DNA of 61,525 bases from Candidatus Ruminococcus primaciens (GCA_037465745.1 DAPZRJ010000001.1:1-61525); one strand, 5' to 3'; positions 48,027 to 57,382 are shown, numbered from the stretch's first letter. A program made the numbers and translations. The notes: generated by a model not told the origin, from the sequence alone.

Positions 48027-48226
48027 CGATTTTTATAACATTTGCACAACTTTGTTAAAAAAAATAGGTTGAATAAATGAAATCTTGTGAAAACAAGAAA
48101 AATTTAAAAAAAATGTTTTTGACACTTGAAAAATAATTATTTGTATGTTAAAATAAATAGTGTATTTTAAGATGTTATTACTTTAATGTGAAAAACAAAG
48201 AAAGATTCAATATAGGAGGAATAATA

Positions 48227-49342
48227 ATGGCTGATTTTATCTTAGAGGAAACTCTTGAGCCAGACGTAAATATAAAAGTAATCGGTGTCGGCGGCGGCGG
48301 CGGTAACGCTCTTAACTGTATGGTTGATTCAGGCGTGAGTGACATTGAATATATTGCTGTAAATACTGATGCAAAAGCACTTAATAAATCTAAGGCTACA
48401 ACAAGAATCCCGATCGGTGCAAAGCTTACTAAGGGCAGAGGTGCAGGAAATAAGCCTGAAGTAGGTCAGCGTTCCGCTGAAGAAAACAGAGATGAGATTG
48501 AAACACATCTTAAGGGCGCAGATATGGTATTCATTACAGCAGGCATGGGTGGCGGAACAGGTACAGGTGCTGCTCCTGTTGTGGCTAAAATTGCTCAGGA
48601 AATGGGCATACTTACAGTTGCCGTTGTAACAAAGCCGTTTCTTTTTGAGAGAGAACAGAAAATGATTCAGGCTGAAAAAGGCATTGCAGAGCTGAAAAAA
48701 TATGTTGATTCACTTATCGTTATACCTAATGAAAAGCTTTTGGTTGGTCAGGATAAGCCTCTTACAATGATACAGTCATTTGCTTTGTCTGATGATATTC
48801 TCAAGACAGGTGTAAAGAGCATTTCAGACCTTATTGTTGAAGAAGGATATATTAACCTTGACTTTGCTGACGTTTCAACTATAATGAAGGGTGCCGGATA
48901 TGCACACATGGCTATCGGTCATGGTTCAGGCAAGGATAAGGCACAGCAGGCTGCTGAAGCTGTTATTAAGAGCCCGCTTCTTGAAACATCAATTGCAGGA
49001 GCAAAAAGACTTCTCATCAATATTGCTATGTCAGAGGATATTCTTTCATCAGATGTAGATACAGCTACAAAGATGATCACAGATCAGGCTGCTGACGGTG
49101 TTGAATTTATTTTCGGTACTGCATTTAAGGAAGATATGCAGGACGAAATGGTTATTACTGTTATTGCTGCAGGTTTTGATGATCCGTCAGAACCGGCACT
49201 TGACGAATTGACTGCTTCCGGCGAGGATGATGTAATCAAGATTGATAATCCTCTTATAGATAATCTTGGACTTGGTGAAAAGACATCATCATCTTCACAG
49301 GACGATGATTTAGAGGCAATATTTAAAATGCTTGGTAATTAA
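48227..49342 (+). CDS. ftsZ: Cell division GTPase FtsZ
   Basis: [43 protein letters not shown] before ATG 48227. Confidence 0.97.
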   Translation: MADFILEETLEPDVNIKVIGVGGGGGNALNCMVDSGVSDIEYIAVNTDAKALNKSKATTRIPIGAKLTKGRGAGNKPEVGQRSAEENRDEIETHLKGADMVFITAGMGGGTGTGAAPVVAKIAQEMGILTVAVVTKPFLFEREQKMIQAEKGIAELKKYVDSLIVIPNEKLLVGQDKPLTMIQSFALSDDILKTGVKSISDLIVEEGYINLDFADVSTIMKGAGYAHMAIGHGSGKDKAQQAAEAVIKSPLLETSIAGAKRLLINIAMSEDILSSDVDTATKMITDQAADGVEFIFGTAFKEDMQDEMVITVIAAGFDDPSEPALDELTASGEDDVIKIDNPLIDNLGLGEKTSSSSQDDDLEAIFKMLGN

Positions 49343-49362
49343 TTACATAATTATGCTTTTGC

Positions 49363-49390
49363 TGACCGCAGTACATCTGCGGTCATTTTT
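49363..49390 (+). terminator. Intrinsic terminator after ftsZ
   Basis: tgaccgcag-tacat-ctgcggtca followed by T5. Confidence 0.8.
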
Positions 49391-49392
49391 GA

Positions 49393-49423
49393 TAAGCAAA
49401 ATACTGCGAAAGTCTTTTGCATG
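49393..49423. repeat. Highly degenerate remnant of the dispersed repeat
   Basis: taagcaaaatactgcgaaagtcttttgcatg resembles the end plus agtcttttg core. Confidence 0.4.
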
Positions 49424-49601
49424 AAAACAATCTATAAATTTCACAAGGAAATTTTGTTAATATGCACTAAAAGAAACTGCAAAATTCTACAATATGCTAG
49501 TTGAAATTTTATTTAAAAAATGATATAATTAATAAAAGGGCGAAAATTTCCTTTGGAAAACTATGTTCTGCGGAATTGTGCCGCAGGGAATGGAGCGTAT
49601 C

Positions 49602-51008
49602 ATGGATGAACCGGTTGTATTAAGAACTGCCAAAGTGGGCGGTTTTGTTAAAGAAGATGTATTACAGTACGTTGATGAATTAAATTCAAAGAATTTTGCT
49701 TTGGAAGAACAGCTGAAAACTCTACAGGAGGGTAATGTGGCTGATCCTCAGGAAGTTTCAAGACTTAGAAAACAGGTAGATAATCTCCAGGAAAAGCTTA
49801 ATGCATCAAACAATGCATTAAGAGCTGCCAAAGCAGAGGCAGAAGCTGCAAAAAAACAGCATGATGCTGATACAACAACTATAAATCAGCTTAGAAACCA
49901 GCTTGCTCAAGGCGGCGGTGCTAATGCTGCAAATGCTGATCAGACGGCAGAACTTAATAATGCAAAGAGTGCTTTGGTAAAGGCAAAAACTGAAATTGAC
50001 AAGCTTAAAGCTAATCTTACTGCTGCTGAACAGCAGGCTGCCGCAACAGCAAAATCCTCTGCTGAACTTGCTGATACCGCTGCTAAGGACGCTGAAATTG
50101 CGAAGATTAAAAATGAACTTTCAAGCAAGGAATCAGCTATTGCAACAAAGAATAATGAACTTGCTGAAAAGAACAAACAGCTTAACGAGAAAGACCAGCT
50201 CATTGCAGCTAAGGATAAGGAAATTGCAGGCAAAAACGAAGAAATCACTAAGCTTAATAATGAGATCAGTGAGCTTAAATCAAACGCAGAAAATACTGCT
50301 ATTCCTTCAGGTCTGGACATGGGAGCTTTGTTTGCGGAAGCTCAGCGTACAGCTATGAAAATTACTGTTGAGGCAAAAAATGCTGCTGAAAAAACAACAT
50401 CAGAAGCTCAGACGCAAGCTAAGAAAATTGTTGATGACGCCAATGCTGAGGCAGAAAAGAAAATCAGTGAGGCAAATTCAACTGCTGAAAATTGCGTGAA
50501 GGAAGCAAATGAACAGGCTAAGCTGACGGTGTTCTCTGCAAATGACCGTGCAGAAAAAATCAATGCAATGTCTGAAAAGGTAAGAAATCTTCTTCTTAAT
50601 GAGATTGAAAGTGTTAATAATAAGTTTAATGATGTTTCAGGACTTCTTCAGAAGCTTACAGAACAGGCAACAGTCAAAGTTAATGATGCCAAGAGAGTTA
50701 TTACAGATGCTAAAAATTCTGTAGAGGAAATATCTGAATCAACTACCATAAAAAAAGCTGAGGTTCCGGATAATAAGAACTTTGATAAGCCGATTCAGAA
50801 CAATAAGCCGATGAATAAGACTGAAGAAAGACCTGTACATAAGCCGAATCCTGCTTTTAATCAGCCTCAGAACCAGAATCAACATCAGCAACATCAGGCA
50901 CATCAGGACAGACAGGCCAAAAAGGCTGCTGACTTTAACTTTGATATGTCTGAAATTTTAAAGGCTGCTGAGGAAGAAGCTGCAAAGGAAGAACAGCAGG
51001 GGAATTAA
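49602..51008 (+). CDS. Long coiled-coil protein with DivIVA-like N-terminal motif
   Basis: LRTAKVGGFVKEDVLQYVDEL resembles the DivIVA N-terminal motif; heptad-rich body including AQRTA...AKKIVDDA; GGAG RBS; own sigma-A-like promoter near 49501-49529. Confidence 0.7.
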   Translation: MDEPVVLRTAKVGGFVKEDVLQYVDELNSKNFALEEQLKTLQEGNVADPQEVSRLRKQVDNLQEKLNASNNALRAAKAEAEAAKKQHDADTTTINQLRNQLAQGGGANAANADQTAELNNAKSALVKAKTEIDKLKANLTAAEQQAAATAKSSAELADTAAKDAEIAKIKNELSSKESAIATKNNELAEKNKQLNEKDQLIAAKDKEIAGKNEEITKLNNEISELKSNAENTAIPSGLDMGALFAEAQRTAMKITVEAKNAAEKTTSEAQTQAKKIVDDANAEAEKKISEANSTAENCVKEANEQAKLTVFSANDRAEKINAMSEKVRNLLLNEIESVNNKFNDVSGLLQKLTEQATVKVNDAKRVITDAKNSVEEISESTTIKKAEVPDNKNFDKPIQNNKPMNKTEERPVHKPNPAFNQPQNQNQHQQHQAHQDRQAKKAADFNFDMSEILKAAEEEAAKEEQQGN

Positions 51009-51031
51009 TTTTTAACATATATCCATTCATA

Positions 51032-51123
51032 TAAGGTGACAACACACAGAGATCGTGTGGCATAAAAGAAAAATATGTGTAACATGACGTGAAATTTGCA
51101 GCCTTATTGAACGGTTTTGCATA
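51032..51123 (-). repeat. Longer degenerate repeat copy carrying the internal segment
   Basis: 51067-51101 reverse complement ctgcaaatttcacgtcatgttacacatatttttct matches 7293-7327. Confidence 0.7.
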
Positions 51124-51165
51124 ATCCCGCCTATGCGGGATTAATGCGTGTTTTGAGGTGATTTT

Positions 51166-51723
51166 TTGTCTATAAGAAAACTAAAAGTTGAAGAACTCAG
51201 AGCTGTTGCTCCAAGTTTGAAAATAGGAGATAAAATTCTTTTAAGCGGATATGTTTATACATCAAGAGATGCTGCTCATAAGAGGATAAAAGCGTTAATG
51301 GACAGCGGAGAAAAACTCCCTTATGATTTGCAGGACAGTGTGATTTATTATGCAGGACCTACCCCTGCACCTGAAGGTAAGCCGATTGGTTCATGCGGTC
51401 CGACAACATCAAGCAGAATGGACGTTTTTGCTCCGGAGTTTCTGGATAACGGGCTTGTCGCAATGATTGGAAAAGGTGAGAGAAATCAGGCGGTAAGAGA
51501 TGCAATTGTGCGAAATAAAGCAGTTTATTTTTGTTTTGTCGGTGGTGCGGGTGCATTGGCGGCAAGATGCATAAAAAGCTGTGAGGTTATAGCTTTTGAG
51601 GACTTGGGCTGTGAATCAGTCAAAAGGCTTTATATTGAGGGACTTCCTCTTATTGTTGCGAATGACTGCAGCGGCGGAGATATTTTTTCTCAGGGCAGAA
51701 AAGAATTTGCATCAATTGGTTAA
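51166..51723 (+). CDS. Fe-S hydro-lyase beta subunit (class I fumarate hydratase / tartrate dehydratase C-terminal domain)
   Basis: GDKILLSG, RDAAHKR, YYAGP, GPTTSSRM, MIGKG, DLGCE. Confidence 0.9.
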   Translation: MSIRKLKVEELRAVAPSLKIGDKILLSGYVYTSRDAAHKRIKALMDSGEKLPYDLQDSVIYYAGPTPAPEGKPIGSCGPTTSSRMDVFAPEFLDNGLVAMIGKGERNQAVRDAIVRNKAVYFCFVGGAGALAARCIKSCEVIAFEDLGCESVKRLYIEGLPLIVANDCSGGDIFSQGRKEFASIG

Positions 51724-51782
51724 TTTGTCTAAAAAGTTAAATTATATTTATAAAAAATGATGTTTTTTATCTGTTAGTTTAA

Positions 51783-51828
51783 TTTTTATTCATTTTTTAT
51801 TGACAAAATGAATAAAAAAGTATATAAT
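51783..51828 (+). promoter_or_regulatory. Consensus sigma-A promoter with a 14-bp inverted repeat around the -35
   Basis: TTGACA(51800)-17bp-TATAAT(51823); tttttattcatttt (51783-96) / aaaatgaataaaaa (51805-18). Confidence 0.75.
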
Positions 51829-51861
51829 ATATAATATAGTGTTGACATTCAGAGTGATTGG

Positions 51862-52467
51862 GTGAAAAACTTGCTTGAATTGGATTTTGATGAGAATGTT
51901 CTTGGCGAATTGACTGATGAGGAGCTTGTAAAAGCTGCTCAATTAAATAAACGTGCAGAGGCACTTATTATTTCACGTTATTTGCGGGTTATTTTGGTAA
52001 AATCTGAAATGTACGCAAATTCAGTTACCGACAGTGAAGATTTGGCTCAGGAAGGACTTTTGGGACTGATGAGTGCAATTTCTGCTTTTGATCCTGAAAA
52101 GAATATTAAGTTCTCTACATTTGCTAATGTTTGCATTACAAACCGTATGAAAACCTTGATTTCTAAAGGGAAAAAGGCTGATTCTCCTGTTGACAATATA
52201 GAAGAGCTTACTGATCAGCAAGATTCCTTGCTTTCGGAAACACCTGAAAGTATATACCTTTTTAAAGAATATTATTCGGATTTATTTGAAAAAATTGATT
52301 CAGTGCTTACAGAAATGGAAAGCAAAATTTTTAAAATGTATATTCATGATGTGCCGTATAAGGATATCGCATTGAAGCTGGGAATATCTGAAAAATCTGT
52401 TGATAATGCTATACAAAGAGCCAGACGCAAAATAAAAAATCTATTGAAGTCGACTGATAATTTATGA
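51862..52467 (+). CDS. sigH: Sigma-70 family sigma factor, SigH-like
   Basis: EDLAQEGLLGL, FSTFANVCI, TPE, YKDIA...KSVDNAIQRARRK. Confidence 0.75.
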   Translation: MKNLLELDFDENVLGELTDEELVKAAQLNKRAEALIISRYLRVILVKSEMYANSVTDSEDLAQEGLLGLMSAISAFDPEKNIKFSTFANVCITNRMKTLISKGKKADSPVDNIEELTDQQDSLLSETPESIYLFKEYYSDLFEKIDSVLTEMESKIFKMYIHDVPYKDIALKLGISEKSVDNAIQRARRKIKNLLKSTDNL

Positions 52468-52530
52468 CCGGGTAGCTTAAGTCAAGAGCGTTGTTAATCA
52501 AAGGTATTGGTGCAAATCCAATCAAGGTCC
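52466..52530 (+). ncRNA. tRNA-like element / pseudo-tRNA (Asn-like GTT loop) with collapsed anticodon arm
   Basis: Acceptor GACCGGG/CAAGGTC (5 of 7 pairs), TA linker, D-stem GCTT/GAGC, T-arm ATTGG-TGCAAAT-CCAAT; anticodon arm only TTG-TTAAT-CAA. Confidence 0.55.
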
Positions 52531-52556
52531 AAATATTTTAAGCGAGGTATTTTAAA

Positions 52557-52832
52557 ATGTACGAAGACAAGACATTAGTCTGCAAGGAATGTGGAAGTGA
52601 ATTTATATTCAGTGCCGGCGAACAGGAGTTTTATGCAGAAAAAGGCTTTGTAAATGAGCCTCAGAGATGTAAGGCTTGTCGTGACGCAAGAAAGAATGCA
52701 GGAAAGGCTGACAGAGTTATGTATACAGCTACTTGTGCATCATGCGGCGGAGAAGCTAAGGTTCCTTTTGAACCAAAGGAAGGCAGAGCTGTTTACTGCA
52801 GTGATTGCTTTGCAAAGATGAACGAAGCATAA
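52557..52832 (+). CDS. Zinc-ribbon protein (zf-trcl-like plus CxxC-x17-CxxC domain)
   Basis: DKTLVCKECG...EQEFYAEKGF.NEPQRCKAC and CASCG...VPFEP...VYCSDC. Confidence 0.88.
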   Translation: MYEDKTLVCKECGSEFIFSAGEQEFYAEKGFVNEPQRCKACRDARKNAGKADRVMYTATCASCGGEAKVPFEPKEGRAVYCSDCFAKMNEA

Positions 52833-52844
52833 TTAATCCTGATT

Positions 52845-52877
52845 TCAAGGCACAGCAAGGCTGTGCTTTGACTTTTT
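52845..52877 (+). terminator. Intrinsic terminator after the zinc-ribbon gene
   Basis: tcaaggcacagc-aag-gctgtgctttga followed by cttttt. Confidence 0.75.
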
Positions 52878-52946
52878 ATTCGGACTTTTGTATAAAGTTT
52901 CGTTTCATTCATATAATATAAATATTTCAGAAAGGATTGTTTATTT

Positions 52947-53153
52947 ATGATTATTACTAAGGATACAATTATTGGTGATATTCTTGATGCTGATTTTGAT
53001 GCAGCTCCTTATTTCCTTGAAATCGGAATGCATTGCTTAGGCTGTCCTGCTTCAAGAAGCGAGTCGATTGCAGAGGCTTGTTCAGTTCATGGCACTGATG
53101 CGGACGAGCTTGTTGCAAAGCTTAATGCACATTTTGAAAGCAAGGCAAAGTAA
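52947..53153 (+). CDS. DUF1858 domain protein
   Basis: ITKDTIIGDIL, GMHCLGCP, ESIAEAC.VHG. Confidence 0.88.
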   Translation: MIITKDTIIGDILDADFDAAPYFLEIGMHCLGCPASRSESIAEACSVHGTDADELVAKLNAHFESKAK

Positions 53154-53174
53154 GGTTTCTGTGGTGTTGCCTTA
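53151..53174. repeat. Truncated repeat copy starting at the DUF1858 TAA stop
   Basis: taagg-tttctgtggtgttgcctta. Confidence 0.55.
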
Positions 53175-53229
53175 AAAACTTGTTCTTAATTGAAATCATG
53201 TTTTTTAGGACAGGCTTTAAAATTTTCAA

Positions 53230-53263
53230 AAAAGCGTGCTGTTTTATAGCACGCTTTTGTTTT
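53230..53263 (+). terminator. Intrinsic terminator-like hairpin before trmK
   Basis: aaaagcgtgct-gttttat-agcacgctttt followed by gtttt. Confidence 0.65.
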
Positions 53264-53277
53264 AATGAGGTGTATTA

Positions 53278-54729
53278 ATGCTTGATAACAGATTAAAAAT
53301 ATGCTCTGATTTTGTAAGTGGTAAGGGTGTGGCTTGTGATGTTGGCACAGACCATGCATACCTTGCAGCAGATTTGATTTTAAGCGGAAAATGTAAAAAG
53401 GTAATTGCATCAGACATAAATCAAGGACCTTTAGAGGCAGCTGAAAAAACAGTTGAAAAGTATGAAATATCTGATAATGTAGAACTTATTCTTTCAAATG
53501 GTCTGGAGAATGTTCCTCCTGATGATCTAACAGATATAATAATTGCAGGCATGGGCGGAGAAACTATTGCTGACATTTTAGAAAAATGTGAATGGGCAAG
53601 GTATGGAGTTAATCTGATTTTACAGCCAATGACTAAAATAAGCTTTTTGAGAAAGTGGCTTTATGATAACGGATATGAAATTAAGACTGAAAAGCTTGCT
53701 AAGGACGGTGAAAAACTTTATACTGTTATGCAGGCAGTATGGACTGCCTGCTTAAAAAAGCTGTCTGATGCAGATTCTGTAAGAGGCTTTTTTGCTGAAG
53801 ATGATATGCTGGCAGATTCTTATTTAAATTCCGAGGCAGAAAAACTTGAAAGGGTAAGTGTTTCATTAAAAAATGCAGGCAGGAATTATGAGTCGATGCA
53901 CAATAATTCATTGAGCAATATTGTGCGAAATGGTGAAAAAACATTTTCTGTAAAAGAAATATATGATTATCTTGATTCACTTTATCCTTTTTCAGCTCAG
54001 GAGAAATGGGATAATTCTGGCTTGCTTATTGAAAGTACATATATGGAGTGTAAAAAGGTACTTTTAACACTTGATATAGACTATCGCAATTGTTTCAATG
54101 CTAAACGATATGGAGCAGAGCTGATAATATCGCATCACCCTGTTATTTTTGAACCACTGAAGAAAATAACTGCAAATTCAGCAGTTCATTACCTTGTGAA
54201 AAATGATATATCAGCTATTTGTATGCATACTAATCTTGATATTGCATCAGGAGGTACTAACGGCGTTATTTTAAAAAAACTTGCAGATAAGTATGAGTTT
54301 GAAGGTGAAGCTGAACCATTTGAAGATTGCGGCGGAGGAAATACTCTTGGATATATCTGCAATCTGAAAGAAAGTGTTTCAGCTGAAGATTTCGGCAAAA
54401 CACTAAAGGAAATATTCGGCTGTGAGTATGTCAGAATGAACAGAAATTGCAGAAAGAATGTTAAACGGTTTGCATTTTGTTCAGGCTCAGGCGGTTCAAG
54501 TCTTGATATTGCTATTGAGAAAAAATGTGATGCATATATAACAGGTGATGTAAAACATAATTTCTGGATTGACGCAAATAACGATAACTTTATTTTGTAT
54601 GATTGTGGTCACTTCCATACTGAAAATCTTGTTCTTGAGGAACTCAGATATGTTCTTGAGAAAAAATTTCCACAGCTTGAAGTAATAATATCTGACTGTT
54701 CGGTTGACCCTGTAATGTATATAAAGTAG
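53278..54729 (+). CDS. trmK: Fusion of tRNA m1A22 methyltransferase TrmK and a Nif3-like dinuclear metal protein
   Basis: N-half: DVGTDHAYL, IAGMGGE, LILQPM; C-half: WDNSGLL, ISHHP, HTNLD, GSGG, YITGDVKH, DCGHFHTE; single open frame. Confidence 0.9.
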   Translation: MLDNRLKICSDFVSGKGVACDVGTDHAYLAADLILSGKCKKVIASDINQGPLEAAEKTVEKYEISDNVELILSNGLENVPPDDLTDIIIAGMGGETIADILEKCEWARYGVNLILQPMTKISFLRKWLYDNGYEIKTEKLAKDGEKLYTVMQAVWTACLKKLSDADSVRGFFAEDDMLADSYLNSEAEKLERVSVSLKNAGRNYESMHNNSLSNIVRNGEKTFSVKEIYDYLDSLYPFSAQEKWDNSGLLIESTYMECKKVLLTLDIDYRNCFNAKRYGAELIISHHPVIFEPLKKITANSAVHYLVKNDISAICMHTNLDIASGGTNGVILKKLADKYEFEGEAEPFEDCGGGNTLGYICNLKESVSAEDFGKTLKEIFGCEYVRMNRNCRKNVKRFAFCSGSGGSSLDIAIEKKCDAYITGDVKHNFWIDANNDNFILYDCGHFHTENLVLEELRYVLEKKFPQLEVIISDCSVDPVMYIK

Positions 54730-54737
54730 GTGCTTTA

Positions 54738-55565
54738 ATGGATTTTTTTATTTGTCCTGTATGTAAGGAGAAACTATATGCACAAAATAAAAGTTTGGTA
54801 TGCAGTAATAATCATACATTTGATATAGCAAAAAGCGGATATGTTAATTTATTGCTTTCAAAGCAGGCAGGGAAGAACGTACATGGCGATAACAAGCTTA
54901 TGGTTAGAGCAAGACGTGATTTTCTGTCAAAAGGATATTACAGCAGACTTCTTACAGGGCTTTCTGAAACTGTAAAAAGGTACTTTAAAAATAGCTGTAC
55001 AATTCTTGATGCAGGTTGCGGAGAGGGCTACTATACAAATGGTGTATATGAATTTCTTGCAGCAGAAAATAGTGACGTTAATATATATGGTGTTGACATA
55101 TCAAAAACTGCTCTTGAATATGCTGCAAAGAAGTGTAGAAACGTAAAATATGCAGTCGGCAGTATATTTAATATTCCTGCCGCAAATGAAAGCTGTGATA
55201 TTTTAATGACTCTTTTTGCTCCGTTTTGCAGAGAAGAATTTGAACGTGTATTGAAAAAGGACGGAATACTAATCATGGTAATTCCATCTGAACGTCATTT
55301 ATGGGGACTTAAACAGGCTGTATATGATACGCCATATTTGAACGATGTCAAGGATTATGATGTAAAAGGATTTAAACTGCTCGAAAGGGAAAAGATAACT
55401 TATGAAATGATTATTGATAACAATCAGGATATTCAAAATCTTTTTTCCATGACTCCATATTACTATAAAACGGGGAAAAAAGAGCAGGAACGTCTTGCAA
55501 ATCTGGAAAATCTTAAAACAGAGGCAGAGTTTGAAATATTGACATACAAAATTGAAAGGAATTAA
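54738..55565 (+). CDS. rlmA: 23S rRNA m1G745/748 methyltransferase RlmA-like
   Basis: CPVC...C.NNHTFD zinc finger, GYVNLL, ARRDFL, LDAGCGEGYY, MTPY. Confidence 0.85.
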   Translation: MDFFICPVCKEKLYAQNKSLVCSNNHTFDIAKSGYVNLLLSKQAGKNVHGDNKLMVRARRDFLSKGYYSRLLTGLSETVKRYFKNSCTILDAGCGEGYYTNGVYEFLAAENSDVNIYGVDISKTALEYAAKKCRNVKYAVGSIFNIPAANESCDILMTLFAPFCREEFERVLKKDGILIMVIPSERHLWGLKQAVYDTPYLNDVKDYDVKGFKLLEREKITYEMIIDNNQDIQNLFSMTPYYYKTGKKEQERLANLENLKTEAEFEILTYKIERN

Positions 55566-55567
55566 TT

Positions 55568-57325
55568 ATGGCATTAGACGGAGCTTTTCTTTATTCAATA
55601 AAAAATGAGCTTGACTTTTTTATCGGGGGCAGAGTTGAAAAGGTGCATCAGCCCTCAAAAGAGGAAATAATAATATCAATACGAACAAAAAAGGGCAGTT
55701 ATAAGCTGATGCTTTCCTCAAATGCAGGGAGTGCAAGAGTTCATATAACAAATATCGCTGTGGACAATCCTAATGTTCCGCCAATGTTCTGTATGCTGCT
55801 TCGCAAGCATCTTGGCAGCGGAAAGCTTATTGCTATTCGTCAGGACGGTCTTGAACGTATTTTATTCATTGATTTTGAGTGCGTTAATGAACTTGGTGAC
55901 GTGGTAACAATAACCCTTGCGTGCGAAATTATGGGACGCTGTTCAAATTTGATTATAATTAATCAGGATGGTATCATAATTGACAGTATAAAGCGTGTAA
56001 GTGAGGAAATGTCAAGGGAAAGAATGGTTTTGCCGGGAATGAAGTACACACTTCCTCCAAAAGACGAAAGGCTGAATTTTCTTAACACAGACCAAGCTTC
56101 TGTAAGACAAGCCTTGCAGAATGTTAAAGCCGGTGAACTTTCAAAAGCTCTCATAAAGGTATTTGAGGGAATTTCACCTATCCTTGCAAGAGAATGGACC
56201 TTTTTTGCAGGCAGAGGAGAATATATATCCGCAGATTCTATAACAGATGAGCAGTTTGAAAGACTTATTTTTGCTATAAATCAGTCTAAATCAGCATTGC
56301 TTGAAAATAAGTGTACCTTTACGGCTGTTATGGATAAGGAAGATACTCTGAAAGACTTTTCATTCATTCGACTGCAGCAGTTTGGAAATCTTATGATTAC
56401 AAAAGAATTACCGTCAGCCTGTGAACTGCTGGATTACTTTTATGCGGAGCGTGACAGAACTGCACGAGTAAAACAGCGTGCAAATGACCTTTTTAAGCTG
56501 TTGATGAACCTGACTGAAAGAACGTCAAAAAGGATAGCAGTCCAGCGTGAAGAACTTGCGTCCTGTGAAAATAAGGACAAATTAAAATTGTTCGGAGATT
56601 TAATATCGGCAAATATGTATCGTATTCAAAAAGGTGATACAGTTTTAAAAGCTGAAAATTTTTATGAGGATGATTGTCCGCAGATGGAAATTAAGCTGGA
56701 TATAATGAAAACTCCGTCACAAAATGCACAGTATTATTATAATGAGTATAAAAAGTCAATAACTGCGGAACATAAGCTTGCAGAACAGATTGAACGTGGA
56801 GAGGAAGAATTGCAGTATCTTGACAGCGTATTTGATGTTTTGACAAGGGCTTCAACGAATAATGATATTGTTCAGTTAAGACTTGAGCTTGCTGAACAGG
56901 GATATATAAAGAAAAATGCACAAAAAGGCAAGCCACCGAAGGCTTTGCCGCCTGTTGAATATAAGTCGAGTGAAGGATATACCATTCTTGTCGGCAGAAA
57001 TAATAAGCAGAATGACCAGCTTACCTTGAAGTTTGCTGAAAAAAGTGATATATGGCTTCATACACAGGGAATAACAGGTTCTCATGTTATTATCTGTACT
57101 GACGGTGATACACCGCCTGATAAAACAATCGAGGAGGCAGCTGTAATTGCCGCTGTAAACAGTAAGGGAAAAGGTTCAAATTTAGTACCCGTAGATTATT
57201 GCCTTGCACGATATGTAAAAAAGCCGTCAGGTGCAAAACCCGGAAAAGTAGTTTTTACAAATTATCATACAGCATTTGTAAAGCCTGATATTGAACTTGC
57301 AGAAAAATTAAGACAAAAGTCTTAA
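55568..57325 (+). CDS. rqcH: Ribosome quality-control factor RqcH (NFACT/FbpA family)
   Basis: MALDG, PPMFCMLLRKHL, EIMGR.SN, NAQ.YY, VGRNNKQND, WLH...GSHV, YVKKP. Confidence 0.93.
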   Translation: MALDGAFLYSIKNELDFFIGGRVEKVHQPSKEEIIISIRTKKGSYKLMLSSNAGSARVHITNIAVDNPNVPPMFCMLLRKHLGSGKLIAIRQDGLERILFIDFECVNELGDVVTITLACEIMGRCSNLIIINQDGIIIDSIKRVSEEMSRERMVLPGMKYTLPPKDERLNFLNTDQASVRQALQNVKAGELSKALIKVFEGISPILAREWTFFAGRGEYISADSITDEQFERLIFAINQSKSALLENKCTFTAVMDKEDTLKDFSFIRLQQFGNLMITKELPSACELLDYFYAERDRTARVKQRANDLFKLLMNLTERTSKRIAVQREELASCENKDKLKLFGDLISANMYRIQKGDTVLKAENFYEDDCPQMEIKLDIMKTPSQNAQYYYNEYKKSITAEHKLAEQIERGEEELQYLDSVFDVLTRASTNNDIVQLRLELAEQGYIKKNAQKGKPPKALPPVEYKSSEGYTILVGRNNKQNDQLTLKFAEKSDIWLHTQGITGSHVIICTDGDTPPDKTIEEAAVIAAVNSKGKGSNLVPVDYCLARYVKKPSGAKPGKVVFTNYHTAFVKPDIELAEKLRQKS

Positions 57326-57382
57326 ATATGATATATGTAATAATAATTAATAAATACATTGTATAATTTTTAGGGGGATTTT

